From: Candidatus Flemingiibacterium sp.
GTDB taxonomy: Bacteria > Bacillota > Clostridia > Oscillospirales > CAG-272
Length of the DNA stretch: 44,726 nucleotides
Reading direction: 5' to 3'
Assembly (NCBI GenBank): GCA_045649205.1
Contig: JAZRPJ010000179.1
Location: 1 to 44,726 of the forward strand
Under the pieces are notes generated by a model, which did not search any database, had not been told where the DNA came from, and saw nothing but the letters and a program-made list of their open reading frames with translations. Positions 28,075 to 38,391 of this stretch are shown piece by piece; position 1 is the stretch's first letter, and the number at the start of each line of letters is the position of its first letter. Position numbers and translations under genes: made by a program.

Positions 28075-29472
28075 TTAATTATAGCAGTATATAATACATG
28101 TATCCGCCCCCCCCGACACTCTGTCGGCAGGCGGAAATCCGGGCACCCATATTATACCCTCTTTGTCGCAAAAAATCGGGGTTTTCTCACGGTATTCCTT
28201 ATCGTAGCCCCGGTCATTGTAGAGCTTTTTCAGCCGTCTTGTCATTGAACCGAAAACATAGGAATCTCCGTTCATTCTCGAACGTACCGTAAGCGCTTGT
28301 TTTATTTTATCAGAATTTACTCTCGCGCATATTGACAATTTGTAAATATTTTCAAGCAGTTCATGAGTTTTTTGTAAATCTGCGCTTTCCTCGCCGATTT
28401 TGAACACAAAAACCGCAAAACCGCGTTCCGGGAAATCATTTATCCCGTCTTTAAGTTCAATGGAAAAGGGGGCTGCATCAATACCCTGAGAACACAAAAA
28501 GCACAAATTTCCGCCGTGTATTCTGGCTTTTATCTTGCCGGGAATCGAAAGCTCCCATCCATTATCGGCGCTCTTCACTGCCCTCAGGATCTCATCAACG
28601 TGAAAACTGTCCGAAAAGGAGCCGGAAAACTGCGAAATCATTTTCATAACCGCCCGTCCGGCAATTGCAGGATGGACCGAAGCAAGCACATCTGTGGGGA
28701 TTTTGCCGTCCCTTAAGTGTAAATCAAGGAAACGGTCGGTTTCCGCTTCAAGATAATCGCAATCACGGCGCATTAACTCCGAGCACCGTTCCGCGCCTTT
28801 AACAAATGACGGATTTATTTTCTCAAATCGGGGCATCAGCTCGTGACGGATATAATTGCGAGTATAGGCGGTATCGTCATTTGTGCTGTCAAATATATAT
28901 TCTATGCCGTTTTCCTCGCAATATCCGTAAATATCCCTTTTTATCGAATAAATAAGCGGACGAATAATTTTTATACCATCATATTCTCGGATCGGAGGAA
29001 TGCCGCAAAGCCCCTTCGCACCGCATCCTCTCGACAAATTAAAGAGGATAGTCTCGGCGTTGTCGTTTGCATTGTGGGCTGTGGCAATGCAGGTGAGCCG
29101 CGGATTTTCTTTAATTATTTTTGAAAACGTCGCATATCTGTATTCTCTTGCCTCTTCTTCGATTCCCCGTCCGCTTTTTTTGGCAAGCGCAGGAATATCC
29201 GCCTCGCATAAAGTAAAATCAACCGACATCTTTTCGCACTCACGACTGCAAAATTCAGCATCACGCCCGGCTTCCTCACCGCGAATTCCGTGATTGACAT
29301 GAACAGCGTGAAGGTAAATTCCCCGGCTTTTACAATAATTCGAAAGCAGGTGAAGAAGCACTGAGGAATCAGCGCCGCCGGAATAACCCACAAGTATTCC
29401 CTTTTCTCCGAGGGTCATACCGTACTGTGAAACAGCAGCTTCAAACTGCGAAACAACTACATCCTTTGACAT
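28075..29472 (-). CDS. tilS: tRNA(Ile)-lysidine synthetase
   Basis: VGYSGGADS PP-loop motif and HVNHGIRGEE. The ATG at 29472 lies immediately after the dnaB stop; the longer track ORF overlaps dnaB. Confidence 0.85.
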   Translation of the reverse strand: MSKDVVVSQFEAAVSQYGMTLGEKGILVGYSGGADSSVLLHLLSNYCKSRGIYLHAVHVNHGIRGEEAGRDAEFCSRECEKMSVDFTLCEADIPALAKKSGRGIEEEAREYRYATFSKIIKENPRLTCIATAHNANDNAETILFNLSRGCGAKGLCGIPPIREYDGIKIIRPLIYSIKRDIYGYCEENGIEYIFDSTNDDTAYTRNYIRHELMPRFEKINPSFVKGAERCSELMRRDCDYLEAETDRFLDLHLRDGKIPTDVLASVHPAIAGRAVMKMISQFSGSFSDSFHVDEILRAVKSADNGWELSIPGKIKARIHGGNLCFLCSQGIDAAPFSIELKDGINDFPERGFAVFVFKIGEESADLQKTHELLENIYKLSICARVNSDKIKQALTVRSRMNGDSYVFGSMTRRLKKLYNDRGYDKEYREKTPIFCDKEGIIWVPGFPPADRVSGGADTCIIYCYN

Positions 29473-29473
29473 T

Positions 29474-30826
29474 TTAATTGGGGGGCGCAACTTCGCCGTC
29501 AGCGGCGAGAGAGGTAAACTTGGTAAACTGTCCAAACCATCCCATTTCGACCTTGCCCGTTGAGCCGTGACGGTTTTTCGCCACGATTACATCGGCAACA
29601 TTCTGCTTTTCGGGGTCGTTCTGGTAATAGTCACGGGAAAGGAACATGATTATATCCGCATCCTGCTCGATAGCACCCGAGTCACGAAGGTCGGAAAGCA
29701 TAGGCTGGGATGCCTTTTGCGATGTACCTCTCGATTCGGGATTACGTGAGAGCTGTGCACAGCAGATAAGCGGTACCTGTAGCTCTTTTGCCAGCAGCTT
29801 AAGGTTTCTCGAAATATCGGAAACCTCCTGCACTCGGTTTTCAATCTTGCGGTCACTCTGCATAAGCTGAAGGTAGTCTATGACCACAAGACCAAGATTC
29901 TTCACGCGGCGAAGCTTTGACTTCATTCCCGTAGCAGTGATACCCGTGGTATCGTCGATATAGATATCGCACTCCGACAGGCTGGAAGATGCATGGGCAA
30001 GCTTTTCCCAATCCTCTTTTGAAAGCTCACCGGAGCGGATACTTCTGCTGTCGACCAGCGCTTCGCTTGACAAAAGTCTTGAAACAAGCTGCTGTGCCGA
30101 CATTTCCAGTGAGAAGATACATACCGCTTTCTTGGTAGATTTCGCCACGTTAGATGCGATATTAAGACAGAACGAGGTCTTTCCCACACCGGGACGTGCG
30201 CCGACGATTATAAGGTCGCTTTTTCCCATACCGACAAGGGTTTTATCCAGGTCACCAAAGCCCGTGGGCGTACCGATAACCTCTGCCCTGTCGGTCTGCA
30301 GCTTATGCAGATGCTCGTAGGTCTGAATAAGCACATCTCGGATGTGAAGGAATCCTTTCGTATCATTTCCCTGAGCAAGGGAGAAAATCTTCTGCTCCGC
30401 GCTTCCGAGGATATGAGTTACCTCATCCTCGGCAGAATACGCCGACTCGGAAATCTCCTCCGCCGCCGAAATCAGACTCCGAAGCAGACTCTTATCCTTG
30501 ACAATTCTTGCGTAATCCTTAACATTGGCAGCAGAGGGTACTACGGTTGCAATAAGCTTTATATAATCCTTGCTTTTTTCCGCATCGTACACCCCTTGAT
30601 GGACAAGGGTATCAATGAGGGTGACCACATCTATATCCCTGTTTTCCATGTACATTTTCTGCATGGCAAGGTAGATTTTGGTGTGTTCCTCCAAATAGAA
30701 ATCGTCACTTGTAAGAAGTCCTGCAATATCGTTAAAGCACTCGGGATTTATAAGTATCGAACCGAGCACAGACTGTTCAGCTTCCACCGAAAATGGCAGC
30801 TTGCGTCCATATGCATTGTCAGCCAT
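29474..30826 (-). CDS. dnaB: Replicative DNA helicase DnaB
   Basis: PFSVEAEQSVLGSIL N-terminus, GARPGVGKT Walker A, VIDYLQLM, and SQLSR-like plus IEQDAD motifs. Confidence 0.92.
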   Translation of the reverse strand: MADNAYGRKLPFSVEAEQSVLGSILINPECFNDIAGLLTSDDFYLEEHTKIYLAMQKMYMENRDIDVVTLIDTLVHQGVYDAEKSKDYIKLIATVVPSAANVKDYARIVKDKSLLRSLISAAEEISESAYSAEDEVTHILGSAEQKIFSLAQGNDTKGFLHIRDVLIQTYEHLHKLQTDRAEVIGTPTGFGDLDKTLVGMGKSDLIIVGARPGVGKTSFCLNIASNVAKSTKKAVCIFSLEMSAQQLVSRLLSSEALVDSRSIRSGELSKEDWEKLAHASSSLSECDIYIDDTTGITATGMKSKLRRVKNLGLVVIDYLQLMQSDRKIENRVQEVSDISRNLKLLAKELQVPLICCAQLSRNPESRGTSQKASQPMLSDLRDSGAIEQDADIIMFLSRDYYQNDPEKQNVADVIVAKNRHGSTGKVEMGWFGQFTKFTSLAADGEVAPPN

Positions 30827-30829
30827 GGC

Positions 30830-31279
30830 TTACTTTTCTTCACAGACCACAACGTTGATCTTGCCCACAACTTCTGCATGGAGCTTGACTTCAACAGTGT
30901 GTGTACCGAAGCATTTGATAGCATCGTCAAGAAGGATCTTGCGCTTGTCAACGGTGATATCTGCCTGCTCTTTAAGTCCGTCGGCAATATCCTTGGTTGT
31001 AACGGAACCGTAGAGTCTGCCGTCAGCGCCCGGCTTGCCCGTGAATTTGATCACAACGGTTTCAAGCTTTGCGGCTGTATCCTTTGCAGTCTGAAGCTCC
31101 ACTTCTTTTTTATGCTGTTCAGCGGCTTCTCTGCCCTTGATTTCGTTCATTGCCTTGTTGTCAGCGATAATTGCAAGTCCCTTGGGAAGAAGAAAATTGC
31201 GTGCATATCCGTCGGATACATTTATGAGCTGACCCTTTTTACCTTGAGATTTTACATCCTGTGTAAGTACAACTTTCAT
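30830..31279 (-). CDS. rplI: 50S ribosomal protein L9
   Basis: [36 protein letters not shown] is a canonical L9 N-terminus. Confidence 0.92.
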   Translation of the reverse strand: MKVVLTQDVKSQGKKGQLINVSDGYARNFLLPKGLAIIADNKAMNEIKGREAAEQHKKEVELQTAKDTAAKLETVVIKFTGKPGADGRLYGSVTTKDIADGLKEQADITVDKRKILLDDAIKCFGTHTVEVKLHAEVVGKINVVVCEEK

Positions 31280-31317
31280 TTTTAAACACCGTAGTTTTCC
31301 TAAGAAAACGCCTTTCT

Positions 31318-33360
31318 TTAATTTTTCTTCATATAATCGTCGATAGCCTCTTTAAGACTTATGAGCGCTTCCGACATTGTTATATTCTTAAGGAGTGCGC
31401 CTGCGGATTCGTAATGTCCACCGCCGCCTATTTTTTCGAGAATCAACTGAACGTTGACATTTCCCGAGGAACGGGCTGAAATGTGAACGCTGTTATCGAT
31501 CATAACGAGGGCAAAGCTTGCCATAACGCCTTTGACCGAAAGCAGTTTATCCGCAGCTTTTGCCGCCGCAATTCTGTCCTGCGAAGTTCCGTCACTGTCG
31601 CTCATTGAAATGGCGAACATCTGGCGATAGGTTATAACATTCATGGAGAATTTTGCCTCTCGCATAAAGTCATCAATATCTGACTTGAAGAAGAGCTGAA
31701 CCTCTGCCGGATTTGCCCCCTCGGAGCGAAGATAAAGCGCCGCGCTGAAGGTACGCACTCCGGTATTTCGCGCAAACTGCTTGGTGTCAAGCAGAATTCC
31801 AGCATAGAGAGCATCCGCTTCTTCTCTGTGCAGTCCGCCAATTGGGAGTGCCTGCTCAAGCATCTCCGAAACAAGCTCACAGCAGGAAGATGCCGAGGGT
31901 TCAATATAGGATATAATAGGCTGATTCTTAAATTCTCCCGTCTTTCTGTGATGGTCGATAATTGCCACCATTCCTACATTCTCCGCAATATCAAGAGATT
32001 CAAACTGTTCGGGATTATTTACGTCAACTATAACAAGTAGTGTATCGGAATGGATAAGGTCCTGTCCCGTGATGCTGTCAACGAACATCCCCTCATATTC
32101 GGGAAGCGGTGCAACTCTGCTGACCACTCCGCTAATGTTCGCATCCTCGCTGTTGACAATAATATTCGCCTTAACACCGCAGAACATTGCCAGTCTGGCG
32201 ATACCTATGCAGGCACCGATAGAGTCGTAGTCCGGATACCGGTGACCCATGATAAGCACATTGTTTGCCTTTGCCATGGAAAGGGTGAGTTGATTGGCAA
32301 TGACTCTCGCACGTACCTTCGTACGCTTCTGAACAGTTTTGGTGCGTCCGCCGTAGAACTCAATGTTGTGAGCATTCTTGACCACAACCTGGTCACCGCC
32401 TCGCTGGAGCGCCAAATCAAGGGATGAATGAGCATCTCTGTCCTTATCCGCAAGAGCGCCGTTGACACTTGAAATACCGATGGAAACGGTTATGGGCATA
32501 CTGCCCTCTCCGATTCGTACCTCCCGTATCTTATCAAGTATGTCAAATTTGCGCTCGATAAATTCACCGAGATATCTCGCCTCAAAGAGGAATATAAATT
32601 TATCCCGCTCGTATTCTTTCAGTATACCGCCAACGGAATCGGCCCACTGCTTGAGTATCTCTTCGACCTGAGCCGCCGCACTGCGGTACTTTTCCTGAAC
32701 GAACTGCATAAGCTCGTCAAGGTTATCAATCATAACGTACGCGATTATGGTTTCCTCGTCCGCAAGCCGCTTTGCAAGCTGACGAAGCTCTGTCTGCTCA
32801 TTCCAAACGGTTATAACATATTCCTTGCCCTGGGAGGTTATTTTATAACCCTTGATTCGGAAAACCCTGTCATATGCCACGGCTTCAATACCGTCATTGG
32901 CTTTTAGTTCATCGGGAGCGGTTGTGGTATCGTCAAGTATCTGCTCAACGGTGACGCCCGTGATGCTGTCGATATATTTTGCGTAGAGAACCTCACGGGA
33001 TTTTGCCGATTTTGTAAAGGCATTGTTGTACCAGATAATTCTGCCCGATTCATCGCAGATCACGACCGGCATATACAGCTTTAATATAAAGTCGAGAGTA
33101 ATATTTCCAAGTAAAGGTGAAAGCTTTTCATCATTCATCATGACCGAGCCGAAACGAAGCATACCGTAAAGCCTGAGGGCGACAAACTCAGCTATCAGCA
33201 TACAAACAAGCATGACTCCGCCAACCAAAAGAGGATTCAGATCTGAATAACCTACGACAAGGGCATATATTCCGAAAAATACCGCCGCAATGCATACAGA
33301 GAGAATAACTCTGACTGAATGTTTAAAGGGCTTTTTTTCGTGCTTACTCAAAATTTTCAC
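31318..33360 (-). CDS. gdpP: GdpP/YybT-type membrane DHH-DHHA1 phosphodiesterase (probable c-di-AMP phosphodiesterase)
   Basis: Two N-terminal TM helices, a PAS-like region and a degenerate GGDEF-like region. DHH motifs ([18 protein letters not shown]) and DHHA1 GGGGH. A GTG at 33360 lies 3 nt after AAGGAAAGG. The track start (GTG at 33417) has no RBS. Confidence 0.8.
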   Translation of the reverse strand: MKILSKHEKKPFKHSVRVILSVCIAAVFFGIYALVVGYSDLNPLLVGGVMLVCMLIAEFVALRLYGMLRFGSVMMNDEKLSPLLGNITLDFILKLYMPVVICDESGRIIWYNNAFTKSAKSREVLYAKYIDSITGVTVEQILDDTTTAPDELKANDGIEAVAYDRVFRIKGYKITSQGKEYVITVWNEQTELRQLAKRLADEETIIAYVMIDNLDELMQFVQEKYRSAAAQVEEILKQWADSVGGILKEYERDKFIFLFEARYLGEFIERKFDILDKIREVRIGEGSMPITVSIGISSVNGALADKDRDAHSSLDLALQRGGDQVVVKNAHNIEFYGGRTKTVQKRTKVRARVIANQLTLSMAKANNVLIMGHRYPDYDSIGACIGIARLAMFCGVKANIIVNSEDANISGVVSRVAPLPEYEGMFVDSITGQDLIHSDTLLVIVDVNNPEQFESLDIAENVGMVAIIDHHRKTGEFKNQPIISYIEPSASSCCELVSEMLEQALPIGGLHREEADALYAGILLDTKQFARNTGVRTFSAALYLRSEGANPAEVQLFFKSDIDDFMREAKFSMNVITYRQMFAISMSDSDGTSQDRIAAAKAADKLLSVKGVMASFALVMIDNSVHISARSSGNVNVQLILEKIGGGGHYESAGALLKNITMSEALISLKEAIDDYMKKN

Positions 33361-33448
33361 AGTCCTTTCCTTCGTAATTCTATCGAAAAAAGATTGGTAT
33401 ATCAAAGTAATTTTCACAGTTATGGCGATAATACCCCATAATATTAAT

Positions 33449-33477
33449 ATTATACCACTTTTTTTCCAATATGTCTA
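33449..33477 (-). promoter_or_regulatory. gdpP-rplI-dnaB operon promoter
   Basis: On the minus strand: TAGACA (33477-33472), 17 nt, TGgTATAAT (-10 at 33454-33449). Confidence 0.5.
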
Positions 33478-33551
33478 TATTATTTTGAAGAATTTTTAAG
33501 ATATTTCGTAAATTTTCCGTTATTTTCCCAATTTACACAAAAAACAAGGCA

Positions 33552-33580
33552 TAAAAAAGACCTCGGACAAAGCCGAGGTC
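33552..33580 (-). terminator. tpiA intrinsic terminator
   Basis: On the minus strand: GACCTCGG-ctttgt-CCGAGGTC followed by TTTTTTAT. Confidence 0.65.
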
Positions 33581-33607
33581 TTAAATATGTTTAAATATCA
33601 ACCGAAA

Positions 33608-34375
33608 TTACTGAGCCGCATCAACGATAACGGTGAAATCAGCAGTCTTAAGAGAAGCACCGCCGATAAGTCCGCCGTCAACATTTACCTTTGCGAGAAG
33701 CTCTGCAGCATTCTTTGCGTTCATGGAGCCGCCGTACTGAACGGTAACTTCCTCTGCCGCATCCTTGCCGAACATTTCAGCGATAGCCGCACGAACATAG
33801 CCGTTACCCTCGTCAGCCTGATCAGCAGTAGCGGTAACGCCGGTACCGATAGCCCATACAGGCTCGTATGCGATGATAATGTTCTTAAGCTGTTCGCGAC
33901 TTACGTTAGTAAGTGCCATCTTGGTCTGGAATTTGATAAGGGTTTCGGTGTAGCCAAGCTCTCTCTGCTCAAGGGTTTCGCCAACACAGACAATAGCTGT
34001 AAGACCGGCGTTTACAGCCGCCAGAGTGCGGAGATTAACGGTCTGATCGGTTTCACCGAAATACTGACGGCGCTCGGAATGACCTATAACAACATATTTA
34101 ACGCCTGCTTCGGTGAGCATTTCAGCGGAGATCTCGCCGGTGTATGCGCCGGATGCCTTAAAGTGTACGTTTTCAGCACCGATCTTAATGTTTGTGCCCT
34201 TTGCAGCCTCAACAGCCGCAGGGATATCGATGGTGGGAACGCAGAGAACGATATCACATTCGTCCTTGCCTGCAACCATAGGTGCAAGCTCCTTTATAAA
34301 TGCGGATGCTGCCGCGGGGGTCATGTTCATTTTCCAGTTGCCCGCGATAACTGTTCTTCTTGTAGCCTTGTTCAT
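33608..34375 (-). CDS. tpiA: Triosephosphate isomerase
   Basis: IAGNWKMN, VIGHSERR and AYEPVWAIGTG motifs. The ATG at 34375 follows AAAGGAA. Confidence 0.93.
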   Translation of the reverse strand: MNKATRRTVIAGNWKMNMTPAAASAFIKELAPMVAGKDECDIVLCVPTIDIPAAVEAAKGTNIKIGAENVHFKASGAYTGEISAEMLTEAGVKYVVIGHSERRQYFGETDQTVNLRTLAAVNAGLTAIVCVGETLEQRELGYTETLIKFQTKMALTNVSREQLKNIIIAYEPVWAIGTGVTATADQADEGNGYVRAAIAEMFGKDAAEEVTVQYGGSMNAKNAAELLAKVNVDGGLIGGASLKTADFTVIVDAAQ

Positions 34376-34581
34376 TTTTATATTCCTTTCGATAATGAAG
34401 TACGGGAGGAGCAAGCCCCTCCCCTACGGTTAATTTTATTTAATCATCCTAAAATGACAATTCAAGCGATGTCAGCCGAGTCGGGAGGTGTGGAGAGGAG
34501 GGCGAAGCGGAGTTTGAGCGCAGCGCCTCCTTTCCCGAGCAGCCGCAAGGCAGATGCGAGCCTTACCGCATATCAATACAA

Positions 34582-35877
34582 TTATTCTCTTTCGTTGAGG
34601 CAAGCGATACCGGGAAGCTCAAGTCCCTCAAGGAATTCGAGAGATGCGCCGCCGCCGGTGGATACATGACTCATCTTGTCAGCGTAGCCGAGAGTTTCAA
34701 CTGCTGCTGCGGAGTCGCCGCCGCCGATGATGGAAATAGCGCCGGATTCTGCGATTGCCTTTGCAACGCTGCGGGTACCGGATGCGAAGTTTTCCCATTC
34801 GGAAACGCCCATAGGACCGTTCCAGATTACGGTACCTGCGCCAACGAGAGATTTTGCGAAGAGCTCTTCGGTCTTTTCGCCGATGTCAAGACCCATCCAG
34901 CCGTCCGGAATGGAATCGCTGTAGATCTCCATGCATATGGTGTCTTCCTTGTACTCGCGGCCGATCTTGTTGTCAACGGGGAGAAGGAAGTTTACGCTCT
35001 TTTCCTTTGCTCTTGCCATAAGATCCTTCGCAAGGTCAAGCTTGTCGTGCTCGCAGATGGAACTACCGATAGGCAGATCCATCGCCTTGAAGAACGTGTA
35101 TGCCATACCGCCGCCAATGATGATGGTGTCGCACTTTTCGAGAAGATTGTTGATAACGCCGATCTTGTCGGAAACCTTTGCGCCGCCGAGAATTGCAACG
35201 AAAGGACGTACCGGATCTTCAAGAGCCTTACCCATAACCTCAATTTCCTTCTGGATGAGGTAGCCGCAAACTGCGGTGTCAAGGTAATCTGCAACGCCTG
35301 CGGTGGAAGCGTGAGCTCTGTGAGCTGTACCGAAAGCATCGTTTACATAAATGTCTGCCATGGAAGCAAGTTCTTTTGCAAATGCAGGATCGTTCTTTTC
35401 TTCCTCTGCATGGAAACGTACGTTTTCGAGAAGGAGAACCTCACCGTCCTTGAGAGCCGCCGCTTTAGCTTTGGCATCAGGACCGATTACATCCTTTGCG
35501 AGAGTTACGTTAATACCCTTCTTTGTGAGGTCATCAGCGACGATTTTGAGGGAAAGCTTGGTGATATCGCCCTTTGCCTTTTCGAGAAGCTCTGCGGTTG
35601 CAGCTGCCTGCTCTTCAGCGGGAAGTGCTTCAATCTTCTTCTTTTCCTTCTTGGAAAGGGAGATCTTTTCATTGAGAACGTTGTGAGGTCTGCCCATGTG
35701 AGAGCAAAGAATTACCTTCGCGCCGTTGTCTACAAGGTACTTAATGGTCTTCATTGCGCCGACAATACGCTTGTCGTCTGTGATAACGCCATCCTTAACG
35801 GGCACGTTGAAATCGCAGCGGCAAAGAACTCTTTTGCCTGCAACAGCAATGTCTTCTACTGATTTTTTGTTGTACAT
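34582..35877 (-). CDS. pgk: Phosphoglycerate kinase (carries an insertion of about 35 aa after the GRP motif)
   Basis: [35 protein letters not shown] and [10 protein letters not shown] motifs. Confidence 0.93.
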   Translation of the reverse strand: MYNKKSVEDIAVAGKRVLCRCDFNVPVKDGVITDDKRIVGAMKTIKYLVDNGAKVILCSHMGRPHNVLNEKISLSKKEKKKIEALPAEEQAAATAELLEKAKGDITKLSLKIVADDLTKKGINVTLAKDVIGPDAKAKAAALKDGEVLLLENVRFHAEEEKNDPAFAKELASMADIYVNDAFGTAHRAHASTAGVADYLDTAVCGYLIQKEIEVMGKALEDPVRPFVAILGGAKVSDKIGVINNLLEKCDTIIIGGGMAYTFFKAMDLPIGSSICEHDKLDLAKDLMARAKEKSVNFLLPVDNKIGREYKEDTICMEIYSDSIPDGWMGLDIGEKTEELFAKSLVGAGTVIWNGPMGVSEWENFASGTRSVAKAIAESGAISIIGGGDSAAAVETLGYADKMSHVSTGGGASLEFLEGLELPGIACLNERE

Positions 35878-35942
35878 TTATTTTCACCTCTATAAAAAAT
35901 TTTTGCAAAAATTAGCAACTGTAAAAATTTACAGCCATAGTT

Positions 35943-35971
35943 ATTTTATCACATATTACAGATTATATCAA
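35943..35971 (-). promoter_or_regulatory. Candidate pgk promoter(s)
   Basis: On the minus strand: TTGATA (35971-35966), 17 nt, TAAAAT (35948-35943). This overlaps an alternative extended -10, TGaTATAAT (35970-35962). Confidence 0.4.
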
Positions 35972-36021
35972 CATAAAATTGTGAAAAAAATCTCAAATTG
36001 ATAACTTTTTCGGTTTATACC

Positions 36022-36040
36022 AAAACAGCACCGCTGTTTT
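36022..36040 (-). terminator. Weak terminator-like hairpin after uppP
   Basis: AAAACAGC-nnn-GCTGTTTT. The U-run is part of the stem. Confidence 0.3.
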
Positions 36041-36056
36041 GCCGTTAATTTAGTCA

Positions 36057-36899
36057 CTATTTCACAAAGCACTTAACTATATAATAGCCGATAACCAAAG
36101 CGCCGAGAATGATTCTGTAGTATCCGAAAACCTTGAAATCGTGTTTCTTTATGTAATCCATCAAAAAGCGGATGCATATGAGGGAAACGCCGAAAGCGGA
36201 AATCATACCGACCGCTAAAATCACCGCTTCCATGCCGGTAAAATCAAAGCCGAATTTCAGCAGCTTAAGAAGGGATGCCCCGAACATTACCGGAATACCG
36301 AGGAAGAAGGTAAATTCCGCCGCCGCTGTCCGTCCAACACCTAAAATACGTCCGCCGAGTATTGTTGAGCCGGAACGGGATGTGCCGGGAAAAATCGCCG
36401 CAAGCAGCTGGAAGAATCCGATTCCCAGTGCCCTTCCCCAGGAAATATTGTCTATGCTTTCGATTTTTGCGGCTTTGCCCGCGCAGCGTTTCTCAACGAT
36501 GATAAAGGCGATACCCACAAGGATAAGCATTATGCCTACCGTCTGAAAATTATAGAAAAGTGCATCGATATAATCGTCGAAAAGAACGCCAACAACCGCC
36601 GCCGGAAGGCAGGCAACAATTATTTTCAGCCACAGCGTCAGCTTATCACGACGGATTATGCCAAGCACCTCCCCTTTCCTTGAAAATGGCCAGATCTTCT
36701 TAAAGAAGACCACAGCCACAGCAAGTATAGCACCGAGCTGTATCACAACATTGAACATCTCCGAAAAGCCCTCGGAAACATCGAACTTAACAAATTCATC
36801 GAGTAAGATAAGATGTCCGGTGCTTGAAATGGGCAGCCATTCGGTTATGCCCTCAACGATACCGAAAAGCAAGGCTTTTAATATTTCAAAAATTATCAT
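36057..36899 (-). CDS. uppP: Undecaprenyl-diphosphate phosphatase
   Basis: GIVEGITEWLPISSTGHL and PGTSRSGSTI motifs with a polytopic membrane profile. Confidence 0.92.
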   Translation of the reverse strand: MIIFEILKALLFGIVEGITEWLPISSTGHLILLDEFVKFDVSEGFSEMFNVVIQLGAILAVAVVFFKKIWPFSRKGEVLGIIRRDKLTLWLKIIVACLPAAVVGVLFDDYIDALFYNFQTVGIMLILVGIAFIIVEKRCAGKAAKIESIDNISWGRALGIGFFQLLAAIFPGTSRSGSTILGGRILGVGRTAAAEFTFFLGIPVMFGASLLKLLKFGFDFTGMEAVILAVGMISAFGVSLICIRFLMDYIKKHDFKVFGYYRIILGALVIGYYIVKCFVK

Positions 36900-36912
36900 A
36901 ATATCATTCTCC

Positions 36913-38202
36913 TTACGCGCCGCGAATTATATCGCCGACTTTAAGTTCAAAGGGGACTTTGGCGCGAAATACCATGTAAGGATGCGGTGCTGATTCGATC
37001 ACCTCACCGCTCTCATTGAAAAGCTCACCAAGGTGCAGAGGACGTCCTACTTTACCCGGGGTAATCACCTCTACATCGGAATCAGCGAAGACCTTATTTC
37101 TCTGAATGAAGGTGGCAACTCCCGTTTCACTGTCGTAATCGCTGACACGGCAGAGGAAGGCTTTTTCCTTCATATATCCAGGGAATTTTGTAGTATTGGC
37201 GTTTTCCATGGCGTTGTCGAAATAGAATCCGGTGGCGTATTCTCTATGGCTCACCGATTCAAGCTCACGAAGCCATGCAGGATCGTATTTGTAGCCGTCG
37301 GGGTCAGCGAAATACCGGTCGATTGCCATACGGTAAACGTTTGTAACCACAGCGGTATAGTATTCGCTTTTCATTCTGCCTTCGATTTTGAAGCAGTCGA
37401 TTCCGCTTTCCATAAGCTCCGGAATATGCTCTATCATACACATATCCTTAGAGCTTAAGAAGAATGTTCCCTCACCGTTTTCAATAACGGGGATGCGGTT
37501 TTCAGGACGTTTTTCTTCCATGATCTCATAATCGGCACAACCCTCGAAGCCGCCGCAGGACATTTTTGCAGACTCTTCCATTGAAACATTCCATCTGCAT
37601 GGCTGGGCACATCTTCCACGGTTTGCATCCCTGTCAACAAAGTGCTGTGACAGCAGGCATCTTCCGCTGTACGAAATGCACATTGAGCCGTGAATGAAAG
37701 CTTCAAGCTCCGCTGTGTTACCGATTTCCTCTCGGATACGGCGGATTTCATTAAGCGTAAGCTCCCTTGCCAGGACGATTCGCTTTGCGCCGAATTTCAC
37801 CCACTCTCTGCAGGCGGCGGCACTGACCGTACTCGCCTGGGTTGAGATATGAAGCTCTGCCTTCGGCAGATATTCTTTCACAAGCGCCATAACACCGATG
37901 TCCGCCGCGATAACCGCGTCGATTCCGGCACCACCTATGGATCTCACAAATTCCATAAGCTTTGGGTACTCATCGGTACGGGGCATAGTATTCAGCGTAA
38001 GGTTTACCCTTACTCCACGCTCATGTGCATATTTCACAGCTTCGTGAAGCTCTTCGACAGTGAAATTATCCGCCGCCGCACGCATACCGAAATCGTCACC
38101 GGTAAGATATACCGCATCGGCACCGTAGAGAACGGCAGATTTCATTTTTTCAAAATTTCCCGCCGGAGAAAGAAGCTCGGGCTTTTTTCTGTTAATATTC
38201 AC
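36913..38202 (-). CDS. Peptidase U32 family protein
   Basis: ELLSPAGN, GADAVY and E.FIHGSMCISYSGRCLLS match the U32 signature. A GTG at 38202 lies 8 nt after GAGGA. The track start (GTG at 38244) would sit at the predicted TSS. Confidence 0.8.
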   Translation of the reverse strand: MNINRKKPELLSPAGNFEKMKSAVLYGADAVYLTGDDFGMRAAADNFTVEELHEAVKYAHERGVRVNLTLNTMPRTDEYPKLMEFVRSIGGAGIDAVIAADIGVMALVKEYLPKAELHISTQASTVSAAACREWVKFGAKRIVLARELTLNEIRRIREEIGNTAELEAFIHGSMCISYSGRCLLSQHFVDRDANRGRCAQPCRWNVSMEESAKMSCGGFEGCADYEIMEEKRPENRIPVIENGEGTFFLSSKDMCMIEHIPELMESGIDCFKIEGRMKSEYYTAVVTNVYRMAIDRYFADPDGYKYDPAWLRELESVSHREYATGFYFDNAMENANTTKFPGYMKEKAFLCRVSDYDSETGVATFIQRNKVFADSDVEVITPGKVGRPLHLGELFNESGEVIESAPHPYMVFRAKVPFELKVGDIIRGA

Positions 38203-38249
38203 AGTATTTTTCCTCTTTAAAAAAGTGTCTTGTAAGTATTCCACCTATC

Positions 38250-38278
38250 ATGATATCATAATTTCACAGAAATTGCAA
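38250..38278 (-). promoter_or_regulatory. Candidate promoter for U32 peptidase-uppP
   Basis: On the minus strand: TTGCAA (38278-38273), 17 nt, TGaTATCAT (-10 at 38255-38250). Confidence 0.4.
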
Positions 38279-38391
38279 TTATTCACCCTAAAAATTCATA
38301 CTTAATTCAATATTTTTCCCTTTCATCAATTCTATGATAAAACAAACACAAAAATATCATGTTGACACAGATAATTTGTTGTTTTTTTCGC

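Noticed and set aside
34666-35862. 398-aa plus-strand ORF spanning almost all of pgk on the opposite strand. A similar 360-aa ORF (33587-34669) lies opposite tpiA.
   Set aside because: The minus-strand frames carry unmistakable Pgk and TpiA motifs. The antisense translations are low-complexity (Cys/Val/Phe/Asn-rich) and have no RBS or promoter. Strong codon bias in highly expressed genes depletes TTA/CTA/TCA codons, and this keeps the antisense frame open.
35919-35934. CTGTAAAAATTTACAG read as a CcpA cre site.
   Set aside because: The outer half-sites fit, but the conserved central CG of cre is replaced by A/T. I report it as an unexplained palindrome and do not call it cre.
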